In this document: positions 1-10,170 of the stretch, piece after piece | Layout of the letters: every line of letters starts with the position of its first letter | Numbering within the stretch: the stretch's first letter is position 1 | NCBI RefSeq assembly: GCF_055900595.2 | Contig: NZ_CM148325.1 | DNA length: 64,000 nucleotides | Reading direction: 5' to 3' (one strand) | Translations under genes and position numbers: made by a program | The notes under the pieces: generated by a model | Database searches by the model: none | The model's input: only the letters and a program-made list of their open reading frames with translations | What the model was told of the DNA's origin: nothing

Positions 1-864
1 CAGATGCTCGATCTGTTAGAACAAACTCGCGATGTGATTGATTACGCGGTGAAAGCGCACCAGAGCAAAGTGGCGCACGGCCTGGAAGCGCAAGTGCCTT
101 TCCACGGCGCGCGGGCGCAGATTCTGGCGGTCGATAAACAAATTGCTGCCGTTAAAGGGCAAATCACCGAAACGCGAGAATCTCTGCGTGCATTGATTGG
201 CGCAGGAGCCAGCGATATGCCGGAGATCAAACCGGTGGCATTACCGCAAGTCCAGACCGGTATTCCGGCGACACTCTCTTATGAGTTGCTCGCCAGACGC
301 CCGGATCTGCAAGCCATGCGCTGGTATGTTCAGGCGTCATTAGATCAGGTGGATTCCGCGCGGGCGCTGTTCTATCCGAGCTTTGATATCAAAGCGTTTT
401 TCGGCCTGGATTCTATCCACCTGGATACCTTATTCAAAAAAACCAGTCGCCAGTTCAACTTCATTCCTGGTCTGAAATTGCCGCTGTTTGACGGTGGACG
501 GTTGAATGCCAATCTCGAAGGCACGCGCGCCGCCAGCAACATGATGATTGAACGTTACAACCAGTCAGTGCTGAATGCGGTGCGCGACGTTGCCGTCAAC
601 GGCACGCGTCTGCAAACGCTCAACGACGAGCGAGAGATGCAGGCTGAACGCGTGGAAGCAACGCGCTTCACCCAGCGCGCTGCCGAGGCCGCCTATCAAC
701 GCGGCTTAACCAGCCGCTTACAGGCCACCGAAGCCCGGTTGCCTGTGCTTGCCGAGGAGATGTCATTACTGATGCTGGACAGCCGCCGGGTGATCCAAAG
801 CATTCAGTTGATGAAATCGCTGGGTGGCGGGTATCAGGCGGCTCCCGTCTTCGAGAAAAAATAA
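1..864 (+). CDS. mdtP: Outer-membrane efflux factor (TolC/NodT-family), C-terminal part; gene begins upstream of the window
   Basis: Open frame runs from window edge to TAA at 862-864; translated sequence looks like an OMF C-terminus; sits immediately upstream of fdhF as in E. coli. Identity from recall, not from a search. Confidence 0.75.
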   Translation, partial: QMLDLLEQTRDVIDYAVKAHQSKVAHGLEAQVPFHGARAQILAVDKQIAAVKGQITETRESLRALIGAGASDMPEIKPVALPQVQTGIPATLSYELLARRPDLQAMRWYVQASLDQVDSARALFYPSFDIKAFFGLDSIHLDTLFKKTSRQFNFIPGLKLPLFDGGRLNANLEGTRAASNMMIERYNQSVLNAVRDVAVNGTRLQTLNDEREMQAERVEATRFTQRAAEAAYQRGLTSRLQATEARLPVLAEEMSLLMLDSRRVIQSIQLMKSLGGGYQAAPVFEKK

Positions 865-872
865 AATGTCAG

Positions 873-906
873 CCGCGTGATGGCTGTCACGCGGTATTTC
901 GTTTCG
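873..906 (+). terminator. Probable intrinsic terminator after mdtP (stem ccgcgtga / tcacgcgg followed by T-rich run)
   Basis: Inverted repeat directly after the mdtP stop codon, followed by tatttcgtttcg. Confidence 0.4.
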
Positions 907-924
907 TCACGTCAAAACTGACGA
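904..924 (+). promoter_or_regulatory. Inverted repeat TCGTCA-N9-TGACGA, candidate FhlA-type upstream activator site for fdhF
   Basis: Perfect hexamer inverted repeat about 80 bp upstream of the sigma-54 promoter-like element; fdhF is known to need FhlA bound upstream. Assignment is inference. Confidence 0.35.
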
Positions 925-994
925 CAGCCTGTTTTTCGTCAGAGTTTTGAACAAATAGTGCCCGTAATATCAGGGAATGACCCCAAATAAAATG

Positions 995-1010
995 TGGCAT
1001 AAAAGATGCA
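995..1010 (+). promoter_or_regulatory. Sigma-54 (-24/-12) promoter of fdhF: TGGCAT-aaaag-ATGCA
   Basis: GG and GC dinucleotides at the canonical 10-bp spacing, about 50 bp upstream of the fdhF ATG; fdhF is an established sigma-54/FhlA-dependent gene. Confidence 0.6.
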
Positions 1011-1061
1011 TACTGTAGTCGAGAGCGCGTATGCGTGATTTGATTAACTGGAGCGAGACCG

Positions 1062-3209
1062 ATGAAAAAAGTCGTCACGGTTTGCCCCTATTGCGCATCA
1101 GGTTGCAAAATCAACCTGGTCGTCGATAACGGCAAAATCGTCCGGGCGGAGGCAGCGCAGGGGAAAACCAACCAGGGTACCCTGTGTCTGAAGGGTTATT
1201 ATGGCTGGGACTTCATTAACGATACCCAGATCCTGACCCCGCGCCTGAAAACCCCCATGATTCGTCGCCAGCGTGGCGGCAAACTCGAACCTGTTTCCTG
1301 GGATGAGGCACTGAATTACGTTGCCGAGCGCCTGAGCGCCATCAAAGAGAAGTACGGTCCGGATGCCATCCAGACGACCGGCTCCTCGCGTGGTACGGGT
1401 AACGAAACCAACTATGTAATGCAAAAATTTGCGCGCGCCGTTATTGGTACCAATAACGTTGACTGCTGCGCTCGTGTCTGACACGGCCCATCGGTTGCAG
1501 GTCTGCACCAATCGGTCGGTAATGGCGCAATGAGCAATGCTATTAACGAAATTGATAATACCGATTTAGTGTTCGTTTTCGGGTACAACCCGGCGGATTC
1601 CCACCCTATCGTGGCGAATCACGTAATTAACGCTAAACGTAACGGGGCGAAAATTATCGTCTGCGATCCGCGCAAAATTGAAACTGCGCGCATTGCTGAC
1701 ATGCACATTGCACTGAAAAACGGCTCGAATATCGCGCTGTTGAATGCGATGGGCCATGTCATTATTGAAGAAAATCTGTACGACAAAGCGTTCGTCGCTT
1801 CCCGTACAGAAGGCTTTGAAGAGTATCGTAAAATCGTTGAAGGCTACACGCCGGAGTCGGTTGAAGATATCACCGGCGTCAGCGCCAGTGAGATTCGTCA
1901 GGCGGCTCGGATGTATGCCCAGGCGAAAAGCGCCGCCATCCTGTGGGGCATGGGTGTAACCCAGTTCTACCAGGGCGTGGAAACCGTGCGTTCTCTGACC
2001 AGCCTCGCGATGCTGACTGGTAACCTCGGTAAGCCGCATGCGGGTGTAAACCCGGTTCGTGGGCAAAACAACGTGCAGGGTGCCTGCGATATGGGCGCGC
2101 TGCCAGATACTTACCCTGGCTACCAGTACGTGAAAGATCCGGCTAACCGCGAGAAATTCGCCAAAGCCTGGGGTGTAGAGAGTTTGCCAGCACATACCGG
2201 TTATCGCATCAGCGAGCTGCCGCATCGCGCAGCGCATGGTGAAGTGCGTGCCGCGTACATTATGGGCGAAGATCCGCTACAAACTGACGCGGAGCTGTCG
2301 GCAGTACGTAAAGCCTTTGAAGATCTGGAACTGGTCATCGTTCAGGACATCTTTATGACCAAAACCGCGTCGGCGGCGGATGTCATTTTACCGTCAACGT
2401 CGTGGGGCGAGCATGAAGGCGTGTTTACTGCGGCTGACCGTGGCTTCCAGCGTTTCTTCAAGGCGGTTGAACCGAAGTGGGATCTGAAAACGGACTGGCA
2501 GATTATCAGTGAAATCGCCACCCGTATGGGTTATCCGATGCACTACAACAACACCCAGGAGATCTGGGACGAGTTGCGTCACCTGTGCCCGGATTTCTAC
2601 GGTGCGACTTACGAGAAAATGGGCGAACTGGGCTTCATTCAGTGGCCTTGCCGCGATACTTCAGATGCCGATCAGGGGACTTCTTATTTGTTTAAAGAGA
2701 AGTTTGATACCCCGAACGGTCTGGCGCAGTTCTTCACCTGCGACTGGGTAGCGCCAATCGACAAACTCACCGACGAGTATCCGATGGTACTGTCAACGGT
2801 GCGTGAAGTCGGTCACTACTCTTGCCGTTCGATGACCGGTAACTGTGCGGCACTGGCGGCGCTGGCTGATGAACCTGGCTACGCACAAATCAATACCGAA
2901 GACGCCAAACGTCTGGGTATTGAAGATGAGGCATTGGTTTGGGTGCACTCGCGTAAAGGCAAAATTATCACCCGTGCGCAGGTCAGCGATCGTCCGAACA
3001 AAGGGGCGATTTACATGACCTACCAGTGGTGGATTGGTGCCTGTAACGAGCTGGTTACCGAAAACTTAAGCCCGATTACGAAAACGCCGGAATACAAATA
3101 CTGCGCCGTGCGCGTCGAGCCGATCGCCGATCAGCGCGCCGCCGAGCAGTACGTGATTGACGAGTACAACAAGTTGAAAACTCGCCTGCGCGAAGCGGCA
3201 TTGGCGTAA
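1062..3209 (+). CDS. fdhF: Formate dehydrogenase H (selenocysteine-containing, molybdopterin subunit of formate hydrogenlyase); 715 codons with in-frame UGA at 1479-1481
   Basis: ORFs 1062-1481 and 1530-3209 are in the same frame, separated only by TGA; the N-terminus has the Cys cluster (CPYCASGC) and reads VDCCARV-[UGA]-HGPSVAG, matching FdhF as I recall it. Confidence 0.95.
1479..1525 (+). other. UGA selenocysteine codon plus downstream SECIS stem-loop (SelB-binding recoding element)
   Basis: In-frame TGA at 1479-1481 followed by sequence able to form a hairpin (cacggcccatcggttgcaggtctgcaccaatcggtcgg); the reading frame continues for more than 570 codons beyond it. Confidence 0.85.
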
Positions 3210-3302
3210 TACAGTCCTTTCTACAGCCTCCTGTTGGAGGCTGTTTTTTTATCCATTCGAACTCTTTATACTGGTCACTCCCTACCCAATCGTATTATCA
3301 AA

Positions 3303-3992
3303 ATGAAAAAAATTATCGCATTGATGTTGTTTTTGACATTCTTTGCCCACGCGAACGACTCCGAGCCTGGCAGTCAGTATTTAAAGGCAGCAGAGGCCGG
3401 GGACCGACGCGCACAATATTTTCTTGCCGACAGCTGGTTTAGCTCCGGCGATTTGAGCAAAGCCGAATATTGGGCACAGAAAGCCGCCGACAGCGGTGAT
3501 GCTGATGCCTGCGCACTGTTAGCGCAGATCAAAATCACCAATCCGGTCAGTCTGGACTATCCACAAGCAAAAGTTCTTGCAGAGAAAGCGGCGCAAGCAG
3601 GCAGTAAAGAAGGTGAAGTGACGCTGGCGCATATTCTGGTGAATACTCAAGCGGGTAAACCGGATTATCCAAAGGCGATTTCGCTGTTAGAAAACGCCTC
3701 GGAAGATCTGGAGAACGACTCCGCCGTCGATGCCCAAATGCTGCTTGGTTTGATTTACGCCAACGGCGTGGGCATTAAGGCCGACGATGACAAGGCAACC
3801 TGGTATTTCAAACGCAGCTCTGCGATTTCCCGAACCGGTTATTCCGAGTACTGGGCGGGAATGATGTTCTTAAATGGTGAAGAAGGTTTTATCGAGAAGA
3901 ACAAACAGAAGGCGCTGCACTGGCTGAACCTGAGCTGTATGGAAGGGTTTGATACCGGGTGTGAAGAGTTTGAAAAATTAACTAACGGTTAA
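3303..3992 (+). CDS. yjcO: Sel1/TPR-like repeat protein with N-terminal signal peptide (229 aa)
   Basis: ORF 3234-3992; start moved to ATG 3303 (MKKIIALMLFLTFFAHA signal-like N-terminus); repeated A/G/Y/W-rich Sel1-like motifs. Confidence 0.8.
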   Translation: MKKIIALMLFLTFFAHANDSEPGSQYLKAAEAGDRRAQYFLADSWFSSGDLSKAEYWAQKAADSGDADACALLAQIKITNPVSLDYPQAKVLAEKAAQAGSKEGEVTLAHILVNTQAGKPDYPKAISLLENASEDLENDSAVDAQMLLGLIYANGVGIKADDDKATWYFKRSSAISRTGYSEYWAGMMFLNGEEGFIEKNKQKALHWLNLSCMEGFDTGCEEFEKLTNG

Positions 3993-3993
3993 T

Positions 3994-4150
3994 GTAGGCC
4001 TGATAAGACGCGGCAAGCGTCGCATCAGGCATTGATGTCGGATGCGGCGTAAACGCCTTATCCGACCTACAAAATCACGCTAAATCAGGCTATTGCGCAG
4101 TCTGGCGTAGGCCTGATAAGACGCGGTAAGCGTCGCATCAGGCATCCACA
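3994..4150. repeat. REP/BIME cluster (repeated gtaggcctgataagacgcg...cgcatcaggc palindromic units) between convergent yjcO and gltP
   Basis: Two near-identical copies of the aggcctgataagacgcggcaagcgtcgcatcaggca unit plus gccggatgcggcg...ccttatccg units; typical enterobacterial REP sequence. Confidence 0.7.
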
Positions 4151-4183
4151 CATTGCCGGGTGTATGTCCCCGGCAATCCTCAA

Positions 4184-5497
4184 TTATTGATCCGCAGTTT
4201 TATCAAATTTGCCCAGCACTTCGCGCTCATAAGCCAGCGCTTTCTTACGGTCAAATTTGTGTTCCCACTTGGCAATCACCAGCACCGCCAGCGCGTTACC
4301 CACCACATTCAGTGCCGTACGTGCCATGTCGAGGATACGGTCAACACCGGCAATAAACGCCAGACCTTCCAGCGGGATCCCTACGCTGCCCAGCGTTGCC
4401 AGCAACACCACAAACGACACGCCCGGCACGCCAGCAATCCCTTTCGAGGTCACCATCAGCGTCAGCACCAGAATGATTTCCTGCCAGATGGACAGGTCAA
4501 TGCCATACAACTGCGCGATGAAAATAGCGGCAATACTTTGATACAGCGTCGAACCATCAAGGTTAAAAGAGTAACCGGTCGGCACCACGAAACTGGTGAT
4601 CGACGCCGGTGCACCGTAGGCTTCCATCTTCTCAATAATTCGCGGCAACACGCTTTCAGAGCTGGCAGTGGAGTACGCCAGAATCAGCTCATCTTTCAGA
4701 ATACGAATCAGGATCCAGACGCTTAACCCGCACAGGCGCGCCACAATTCCCAGCACTACCAGCGCGAAGAACAGAATGGCGAAATGCACCAGCAGCACCA
4801 GTTTCGCCAGTGGCCACAGAGACGAGAAACCAAAGTTAGCCACCGTCACCGCAATCAGCGCAAACACACCCACCGGCGCATAACGCATCACCATATGAGT
4901 CACTTTAAACATGGTTTCAGAGATGGAGCGGAACACGGTCACCAGCGGTTCACGATGCGTCGCGGGCAGGGAGGAAAGCCCCAGACCAAACAGTACCGAG
5001 AAGAAGATGATCGGTAACATTTCGCCTTTCGCCATCGACGCCACAATGTTCGTCGGCACCAGAGACAAAATCGTGCCCATAATACCGTGGGAACTGCTCT
5101 GTACCGCTTCTGTAGTGCTCTGATATTTCGAGATATCGACGGTTGCCAGCTGCGACATATCCACCCCGGCACCGGGCTGGAAGACGTTCGCCAGGGTGAT
5201 CCCCAGAATGATGGCGACAGTGGTGATCACCTCGAAATAGATAATGGTTTTCGCGCCAATACGCCCGAGCTGTTTGGCATCACCAACACCCGCGATACCC
5301 ACCACCAGCGTGGAGATCACAATCGGCACAACAATCATTTTGATCAGATGGATGAAGATATCACCCGCCGGAGAGAGCAAATTGACGACCAGCCAGTCGC
5401 GGCTGTCGCTATGGTAGTGCAGGTAGCTTCCCAGGAGAATGCCCAGCACCATAGCAAACAGAATCTGCCAGGCCAGGCTGAATTTTATATTTTTCAT
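4184..5497 (-). CDS. gltP: Proton/glutamate-aspartate symporter (437 aa)
   Basis: Full-length minus-strand ORF with ATG start (cat at 5495-5497); multi-pass membrane protein matching GltP. Confidence 0.93.
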   Translation of the reverse strand: MKNIKFSLAWQILFAMVLGILLGSYLHYHSDSRDWLVVNLLSPAGDIFIHLIKMIVVPIVISTLVVGIAGVGDAKQLGRIGAKTIIYFEVITTVAIILGITLANVFQPGAGVDMSQLATVDISKYQSTTEAVQSSSHGIMGTILSLVPTNIVASMAKGEMLPIIFFSVLFGLGLSSLPATHREPLVTVFRSISETMFKVTHMVMRYAPVGVFALIAVTVANFGFSSLWPLAKLVLLVHFAILFFALVVLGIVARLCGLSVWILIRILKDELILAYSTASSESVLPRIIEKMEAYGAPASITSFVVPTGYSFNLDGSTLYQSIAAIFIAQLYGIDLSIWQEIILVLTLMVTSKGIAGVPGVSFVVLLATLGSVGIPLEGLAFIAGVDRILDMARTALNVVGNALAVLVIAKWEHKFDRKKALAYEREVLGKFDKTADQ

Positions 5498-5838
5498 CAG
5501 AATAACTTCCTCAATGGAGCGCCGTTCCCCGTTCAGAAACGCGAGAACGTGACATACTGCCAGGGCATGAATTGTGTTGCGTTGGTTTGTAGATTTTTTT
5601 AACGCTTATGATCAGTATCATTTGCGCGGTATGTTGCGCAACCCTTTAACAACAGAGCTTTTCGCTGCATTAATGCATAATAACGCGAGTTTATGGCAGG
5701 ATTAATGAATAACCATTTGTTATGGAAAGATTTTTATTTGTTTAACCTGCAATAATACTGATTAGTGATTATTTTGGGCATATGTTCATTCGATTATTTT
5801 TTATGCAGCTCAATAACATAATCTTCATCACCAGATGA

Positions 5839-6435
5839 TTAATCTGATCTCCGCTGCAACAGTTTCGCCAAATTAATCGACTCGACCAGCTGTGTCCGGT
5901 TGATCCGGGGTGAGTTGAGATCCATCACTTTTTGCCATAGTTCGATGGCTTGCGCGTAATTCGCCTGCATAAACGCATCGGAAGCCAGCAGCATCAGAGC
6001 GGTGATTTCGTTAGAGTCCAGCGCGAGGGCTTTGTCGATCATTGCGCGAGTCTGGGCGGTCATATGCTGGCTGGCCTGGTAATAAAGCACCGTCGCCAGC
6101 GCCGCATACAGTTCAGCGTTCTCACCACGTAGTTGCAACGCCTGACGGTACGCCAGCAGCGAATTGCTGTAATCGTTTTGCCACAGATAATACTCGCCCA
6201 GTAACGCCCATTGTTCGCTGTTTTGTGGATTAGCGCGGATTTTATCCTGCAATGCCTGAAGCTGCGCTTCCGGGGTTTGCTGGCTGGCAAACTGATGTAG
6301 CGGATCGCGCTGACGCTGATACTCCGCACGTACCGCCTGCCATTTTGGGCTTAACAGATAACTGCCGATACAGAGAAATACCATCAATATCGTGAGTGTT
6401 GTCAGCATTTTCACCGGTATTTGAGGCTGTTTCAT
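5839..6435 (-). CDS. nrfG: Formate-dependent nitrite reductase complex TPR protein NrfG (198 aa)
   Basis: ORF 5839-6501 trimmed to ATG 6435 ([11 protein letters not shown]...); overlaps the nrfF stop by 4 nt; TPR-like repeats. Confidence 0.85.
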   Translation of the reverse strand: MKQPQIPVKMLTTLTILMVFLCIGSYLLSPKWQAVRAEYQRQRDPLHQFASQQTPEAQLQALQDKIRANPQNSEQWALLGEYYLWQNDYSNSLLAYRQALQLRGENAELYAALATVLYYQASQHMTAQTRAMIDKALALDSNEITALMLLASDAFMQANYAQAIELWQKVMDLNSPRINRTQLVESINLAKLLQRRSD

Positions 6436-6815
6436 CGCTTCGCCCTTACCCGCCAGAGGATCAGTATCATCAGCAGTAACAACACCACTGGCAGCGCCCA
6501 CAACACCAGCGTCTGACCGGTTAACGGTGGGTTATAGCGAACAAAATCTCCGTAGCGTTCGGTCATCCAGCCAATGATTTCGACTTCACTTTTCCCCTCC
6601 GCCACCATGCTGTAAACCTGATGGCGCATACTGACTGCCACCGGCGCATTGGATTCCAGTAAGTTCTGATTCTGGCACTGCGGGCAGCGTAACTGGCTGG
6701 CAATATTTAACGCCTGTTCCTGTTGTTGCGGATTGGCGAATTGCCAGGTGTCTACAACCTGAGCGCGCGCAAAACAGGTAAATAACAGCAGTAGCGTGAG
6801 AAGCCCTTTATTCAT
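6432..6815 (-). CDS. nrfF: Cytochrome c-type biogenesis protein NrfF (CcmH-like, 127 aa)
   Basis: ATG start at 6815; signal peptide and CPQC motif; position in the nrf operon. Confidence 0.9.
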   Translation of the reverse strand: MNKGLLTLLLLFTCFARAQVVDTWQFANPQQQEQALNIASQLRCPQCQNQNLLESNAPVAVSMRHQVYSMVAEGKSEVEIIGWMTERYGDFVRYNPPLTGQTLVLWALPVVLLLLMILILWRVRAKR

Positions 6816-8466
6816 CGCGCTTCCTCCCCCGCCATCCGCTTAACAATGCGCCCGCAATCATCAACAATCCTCCCCCCCAGATCCAGCGCACACCGCGTTG
6901 TACATACAAACGAAAAGCGTAACGATCCGGTCCGGTTTTCTCGCCCATGACCGCATACCAGTCATGGATGCCGTTCCAGCGAATTGACGGTTCCATCATT
7001 TGCTGACGACGTGCTTCGTAAAAACGCCGCTCCGGCGTTAATTCACCAATGCGTTGCTGATGGTCAAACAGCGCCACTATCGCTTTTTCGCTGGTGTAAT
7101 TGCCTTTGGCTTGCAGATCGAGGCGCTCAAAACGGAAGGTGTATCCTGCCAGAGTCACCTGCTGACCCGGCTGTAAATTCAGGCTGATCTCCTGATGGCT
7201 GACGCTTGAAACCACGATCCCCGCGGCAAATAACAGCACACCCGCATGCGCCAGCAGCGCCGGAAGCTGCACGCGTTTGCCAGAGACAAACGTCGCCAGC
7301 ACAATCACCACCAGCATCAACAGACCAAACGGTAACGTCGCGCGGTTAAAATACGGCGCGCCAACGGAGAGGCGTCCCCAGCCCAGCAGGCCGTAAATCA
7401 TCGGATAAAGCGTTCCCACCAGCACTATCAGTAGCACTGCGCAAAACAGCAACAGCGTAGCGAGGATTAACATTTCCCGCGATAACCCCGAAAAACGCAC
7501 CGCCGGGCCACCGTCCCGCGCTCGCCAGCCATACAGAGCCAGAGACGCAAGGCTAATCAGTGCAAACAGGCTGAACAACGGCACGGCGCGGACGTTATCC
7601 AGTGCGAACGCATGAACCGAAACCAGAATGCCAGAACGGACAATTAAGGTGCCCAGCAGCGACAGCATCAGAGTAACTATCGCCAGTAACAGCGACCAGT
7701 GGCGGAAAATCCCCCGCTGGCGTGTCAGGGACAAACTGTGCAGCAGCGCAGTGGCAGAAAGCCAGGGTAATAAAGAGGCGTTTTCCACCGGGTCCCAGAA
7801 CCACCAGCCGCCCCAGCCCAGTTCGCAATAGGCCCACCAGGAACCAAGGATGATCCCCGCCGTTAATGCGCTCCAGCCAGGTAGTGCCCAACGCCAGCAA
7901 ATTCGGGCGTTGACACCATCAAACTCGCCGCGCAGTAGACTCGCCAGCGCCACGCTCGCCGCTACCATCAAACCGCCATAGCCAAGATAAAGCAGCGGTG
8001 GATGAAAGATAAGACCGGGATGTTGCAGCATCGGATTGAGATCGCGACCTTCGATTGCTGGTGGAAATATCCGCACGAAGGGATCGGACCACAGCACCAC
8101 AAACAGTAGCAGTGCGGCGAGCATGAGAGATAAAACGGCTAGCGTCAGCGGAAATAGCGGATCGGTTTGCTGCCGATAATGCCAGGCAAACAGCGCGCTC
8201 CACGCGGAAAGGAGTAGCACCCAAAGTAGCAGCGAACCTTCATGCCCTCCCCACACTGCCGCCAGTTTGAGTTCCCACGACAGCAGGCTGTAGCTATGTT
8301 GGGCGACATAAATGACCGAGAAATCGCTGATGAGAAAACAATACGTCAGTACGCCAAAAGCGATCAGCAGGAGCGCGAACTGTGCCAGAGTGCCGATGCA
8401 AGTGAGTCGCATCATGGCAGGCCAGCGCAACCGCACTCCCGCAAAGGTTGTCAACGGGGTCAACAC
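6808..8466 (-). CDS. nrfE: Heme lyase NrfE (CcmF-like; start uncertain, ORF extends to 8490)
   Basis: Long polytopic membrane ORF 6808-8490 (track start is TTG); I placed the start at an in-frame GTG (8466) to give the roughly 552-aa product I recall; the start is the least certain part. Confidence 0.8.
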   Translation of the reverse strand: MLTPLTTFAGVRLRWPAMMRLTCIGTLAQFALLLIAFGVLTYCFLISDFSVIYVAQHSYSLLSWELKLAAVWGGHEGSLLLWVLLLSAWSALFAWHYRQQTDPLFPLTLAVLSLMLAALLLFVVLWSDPFVRIFPPAIEGRDLNPMLQHPGLIFHPPLLYLGYGGLMVAASVALASLLRGEFDGVNARICWRWALPGWSALTAGIILGSWWAYCELGWGGWWFWDPVENASLLPWLSATALLHSLSLTRQRGIFRHWSLLLAIVTLMLSLLGTLIVRSGILVSVHAFALDNVRAVPLFSLFALISLASLALYGWRARDGGPAVRFSGLSREMLILATLLLFCAVLLIVLVGTLYPMIYGLLGWGRLSVGAPYFNRATLPFGLLMLVVIVLATFVSGKRVQLPALLAHAGVLLFAAGIVVSSVSHQEISLNLQPGQQVTLAGYTFRFERLDLQAKGNYTSEKAIVALFDHQQRIGELTPERRFYEARRQQMMEPSIRWNGIHDWYAVMGEKTGPDRYAFRLYVQRGVRWIWGGGLLMIAGALLSGWRGRKRDE

Positions 8467-8545
8467 GTTGACCCCAAGACTTAACAACAACGCCAGAAAA
8501 CCGACTTCAGGAAGGAATACGTCCAGAAACCACCTCTTTTCTGGC

Positions 8546-9502
8546 TTACGCCACCGTCAACTGCCCAGCGTAGAGAATGAAAAAGCGCAGCATCAACACC
8601 CCGACCAGGCTGGCCCCACACGCCGCCAGCACGGCAGGAATCCCGGAACTGCGATTGACCCACGGTTTGAGCAACATTGGCACAATCAGCCCCAGCCCGG
8701 CGACACCAAGCCAGAACCACCACGTCCAGAAACCACCGCCCAATGCTGCCACCAGCGCACGCACTTTGCCGTCATCGCCCAGCGCCAGGCCAACAAAAAA
8801 CGCCACCAGCAGGAAGATTTCGCCCCATACCACAGGGATTTCCATCCGGTGAACAAAGTGCGCTTCCGTGGAATGCGGATTACTGCGCTGGCGTATCGCC
8901 ATAGCGATCAACGCCACCGCCGCACCGGACGAGATGCCGGAGAAGAGGAATAGCACCGGTAAAATCGGATTATTGAGGAACGGATATGATTTCAGCGCAG
9001 ACAGCAGAAAGCCGGTATAAGCCCCCAGCAACACCGCCAGCACCAGCATCAGCGTTTCCAGTCCGCGGTGAACGGGCGTCAGCAGGCTCAGAACCTTTTG
9101 CACAATTCCCAGCTTCGGCAACCAGCGTTGTTGCAGGGCAAGCAAATCATGTTCAAAGATTTTCGCCAGCCACAACACCAGCACCACCATGTAGAGCTGA
9201 AACAGCATCACCCCCATCGACATCACCGAGGTAAAACTGTAGTGGAACATCAGCTTCCAGAAGGTCCACGGTCTTGTCAGGTGGAAGACGAGGATCAACA
9301 GACCGAGGATCACCGCGCCAGGCCCGACAATCAGCGTGGTGCGCAGCAACGTACTGTCTGCACCGCCCGCCTGTGGGTAGAAGCGACGTAACAGCACGGC
9401 CAGCGTCACCAGACCGGCAGAAATACCAATCAAAAACAGGTAGATGGCAATCGGCCAGTCCCACACCAGCGATTCAAAATGAAATGCGGAAGTCTGCGTC
9501 AT
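8546..9502 (-). CDS. nrfD: Nitrite reductase membrane subunit NrfD (318 aa)
   Basis: ATG at 9502; polytopic NrfD/PsrC-family membrane protein; 4-nt overlap with nrfC. Confidence 0.9.
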   Translation of the reverse strand: MTQTSAFHFESLVWDWPIAIYLFLIGISAGLVTLAVLLRRFYPQAGGADSTLLRTTLIVGPGAVILGLLILVFHLTRPWTFWKLMFHYSFTSVMSMGVMLFQLYMVVLVLWLAKIFEHDLLALQQRWLPKLGIVQKVLSLLTPVHRGLETLMLVLAVLLGAYTGFLLSALKSYPFLNNPILPVLFLFSGISSGAAVALIAMAIRQRSNPHSTEAHFVHRMEIPVVWGEIFLLVAFFVGLALGDDGKVRALVAALGGGFWTWWFWLGVAGLGLIVPMLLKPWVNRSSGIPAVLAACGASLVGVLMLRFFILYAGQLTVA

Positions 9503-10170
9503 TGGCTCACCTCCCCGTATTTAAACGGTACGCGGTACAGCTTCGGTTTGGTTCCCAGCGCCAGCTTGTAGCGGTAAGTGGGCTTCTGGCGTAGCAGTTG
9601 CGAAATCTCACTGTTGGGATCGTCCAGATTGCCAAACGTCAGCGCCTTCGTCGGGCAAGCCTCAACGCACGCGGGGAGCTTACCGGCCTGCAAATTGGTC
9701 TTACGGCAGAAATCGCATTTGTCCGCCGTCTTCGTGACCGGATGGATAAAGCGCACGCGGTACGGACAGGCGGCGATGCAGTACTGACAACCGACGCAGA
9801 GATCTAGGTTAACATCGACAATCCCGCTGGCAGCATCGCGAAAAGACGCACCCGTTGGGCAGACGTCAACGCACGGTGCATGGTCGCAGTGCTGGCAAGA
9901 CTTACGAAAGAAGCGATATTTCACATCAGGAAATTCGCCCTGCGGCTCGCTACGAATAATTGTCAGGCGCGAGACGCCTTCCGGCACCTTGTTCACTTCC
10001 CGACAAGCATCCATACAGGCAGTACAGCCGATGCATAACGACTCGTCATGCACCATGCCGTAACGCACCCCATTGATATTCAACGTTTTCGCCACCACGC
10101 GTCCTGCGGTGCCGCTGACGGCTGCCAGCACGCCGACGCCGGTGAGAAACTGGCGACGAGACCAGGTCAT
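9499..10170 (-). CDS. nrfC: Nitrite reductase Fe-S subunit NrfC (4x[4Fe-4S] ferredoxin-like, Tat signal; 223 aa)
   Basis: N-terminal RRQFL twin-arginine motif; four CxxCxxCxxxCP clusters; overlaps nrfB stop. Confidence 0.92.
   Translation of the reverse strand: MTWSRRQFLTGVGVLAAVSGTAGRVVAKTLNINGVRYGMVHDESLCIGCTACMDACREVNKVPEGVSRLTIIRSEPQGEFPDVKYRFFRKSCQHCDHAPCVDVCPTGASFRDAASGIVDVNLDLCVGCQYCIAACPYRVRFIHPVTKTADKCDFCRKTNLQAGKLPACVEACPTKALTFGNLDDPNSEISQLLRQKPTYRYKLALGTKPKLYRVPFKYGEVSQ

Noticed and set aside
1530-3209. ORF 1530-3209 (559 aa) listed as a separate gene
   Set aside because: It is the in-frame continuation of fdhF after the UGA selenocysteine codon at 1479-1481, not an independent gene.
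3994-4150. Possible CRISPR array suggested by repeated palindromic units (here and at the other REP clusters)
   Set aside because: Units are imperfect palindromes in alternating orientation with irregular short spacers and no cas genes nearby; they match REP/BIME elements, not CRISPR repeats.
4153-4726. Plus-strand ORFs 4153-4356 and 4160-4726 overlapping the REP cluster and gltP
   Set aside because: They run antisense through gltP and the REP region; gltP on the minus strand is the real gene.
6808-8490. ORF-track start coordinates taken at face value (e.g. nrfE 8490, nrfA 12247, dusA 37573, pgi 63738, yjbJ 40022)
   Set aside because: The track starts at TTG/GTG codons upstream of the likely true start; starts were moved to the first plausible ATG (or a GTG where the expected protein length required it).
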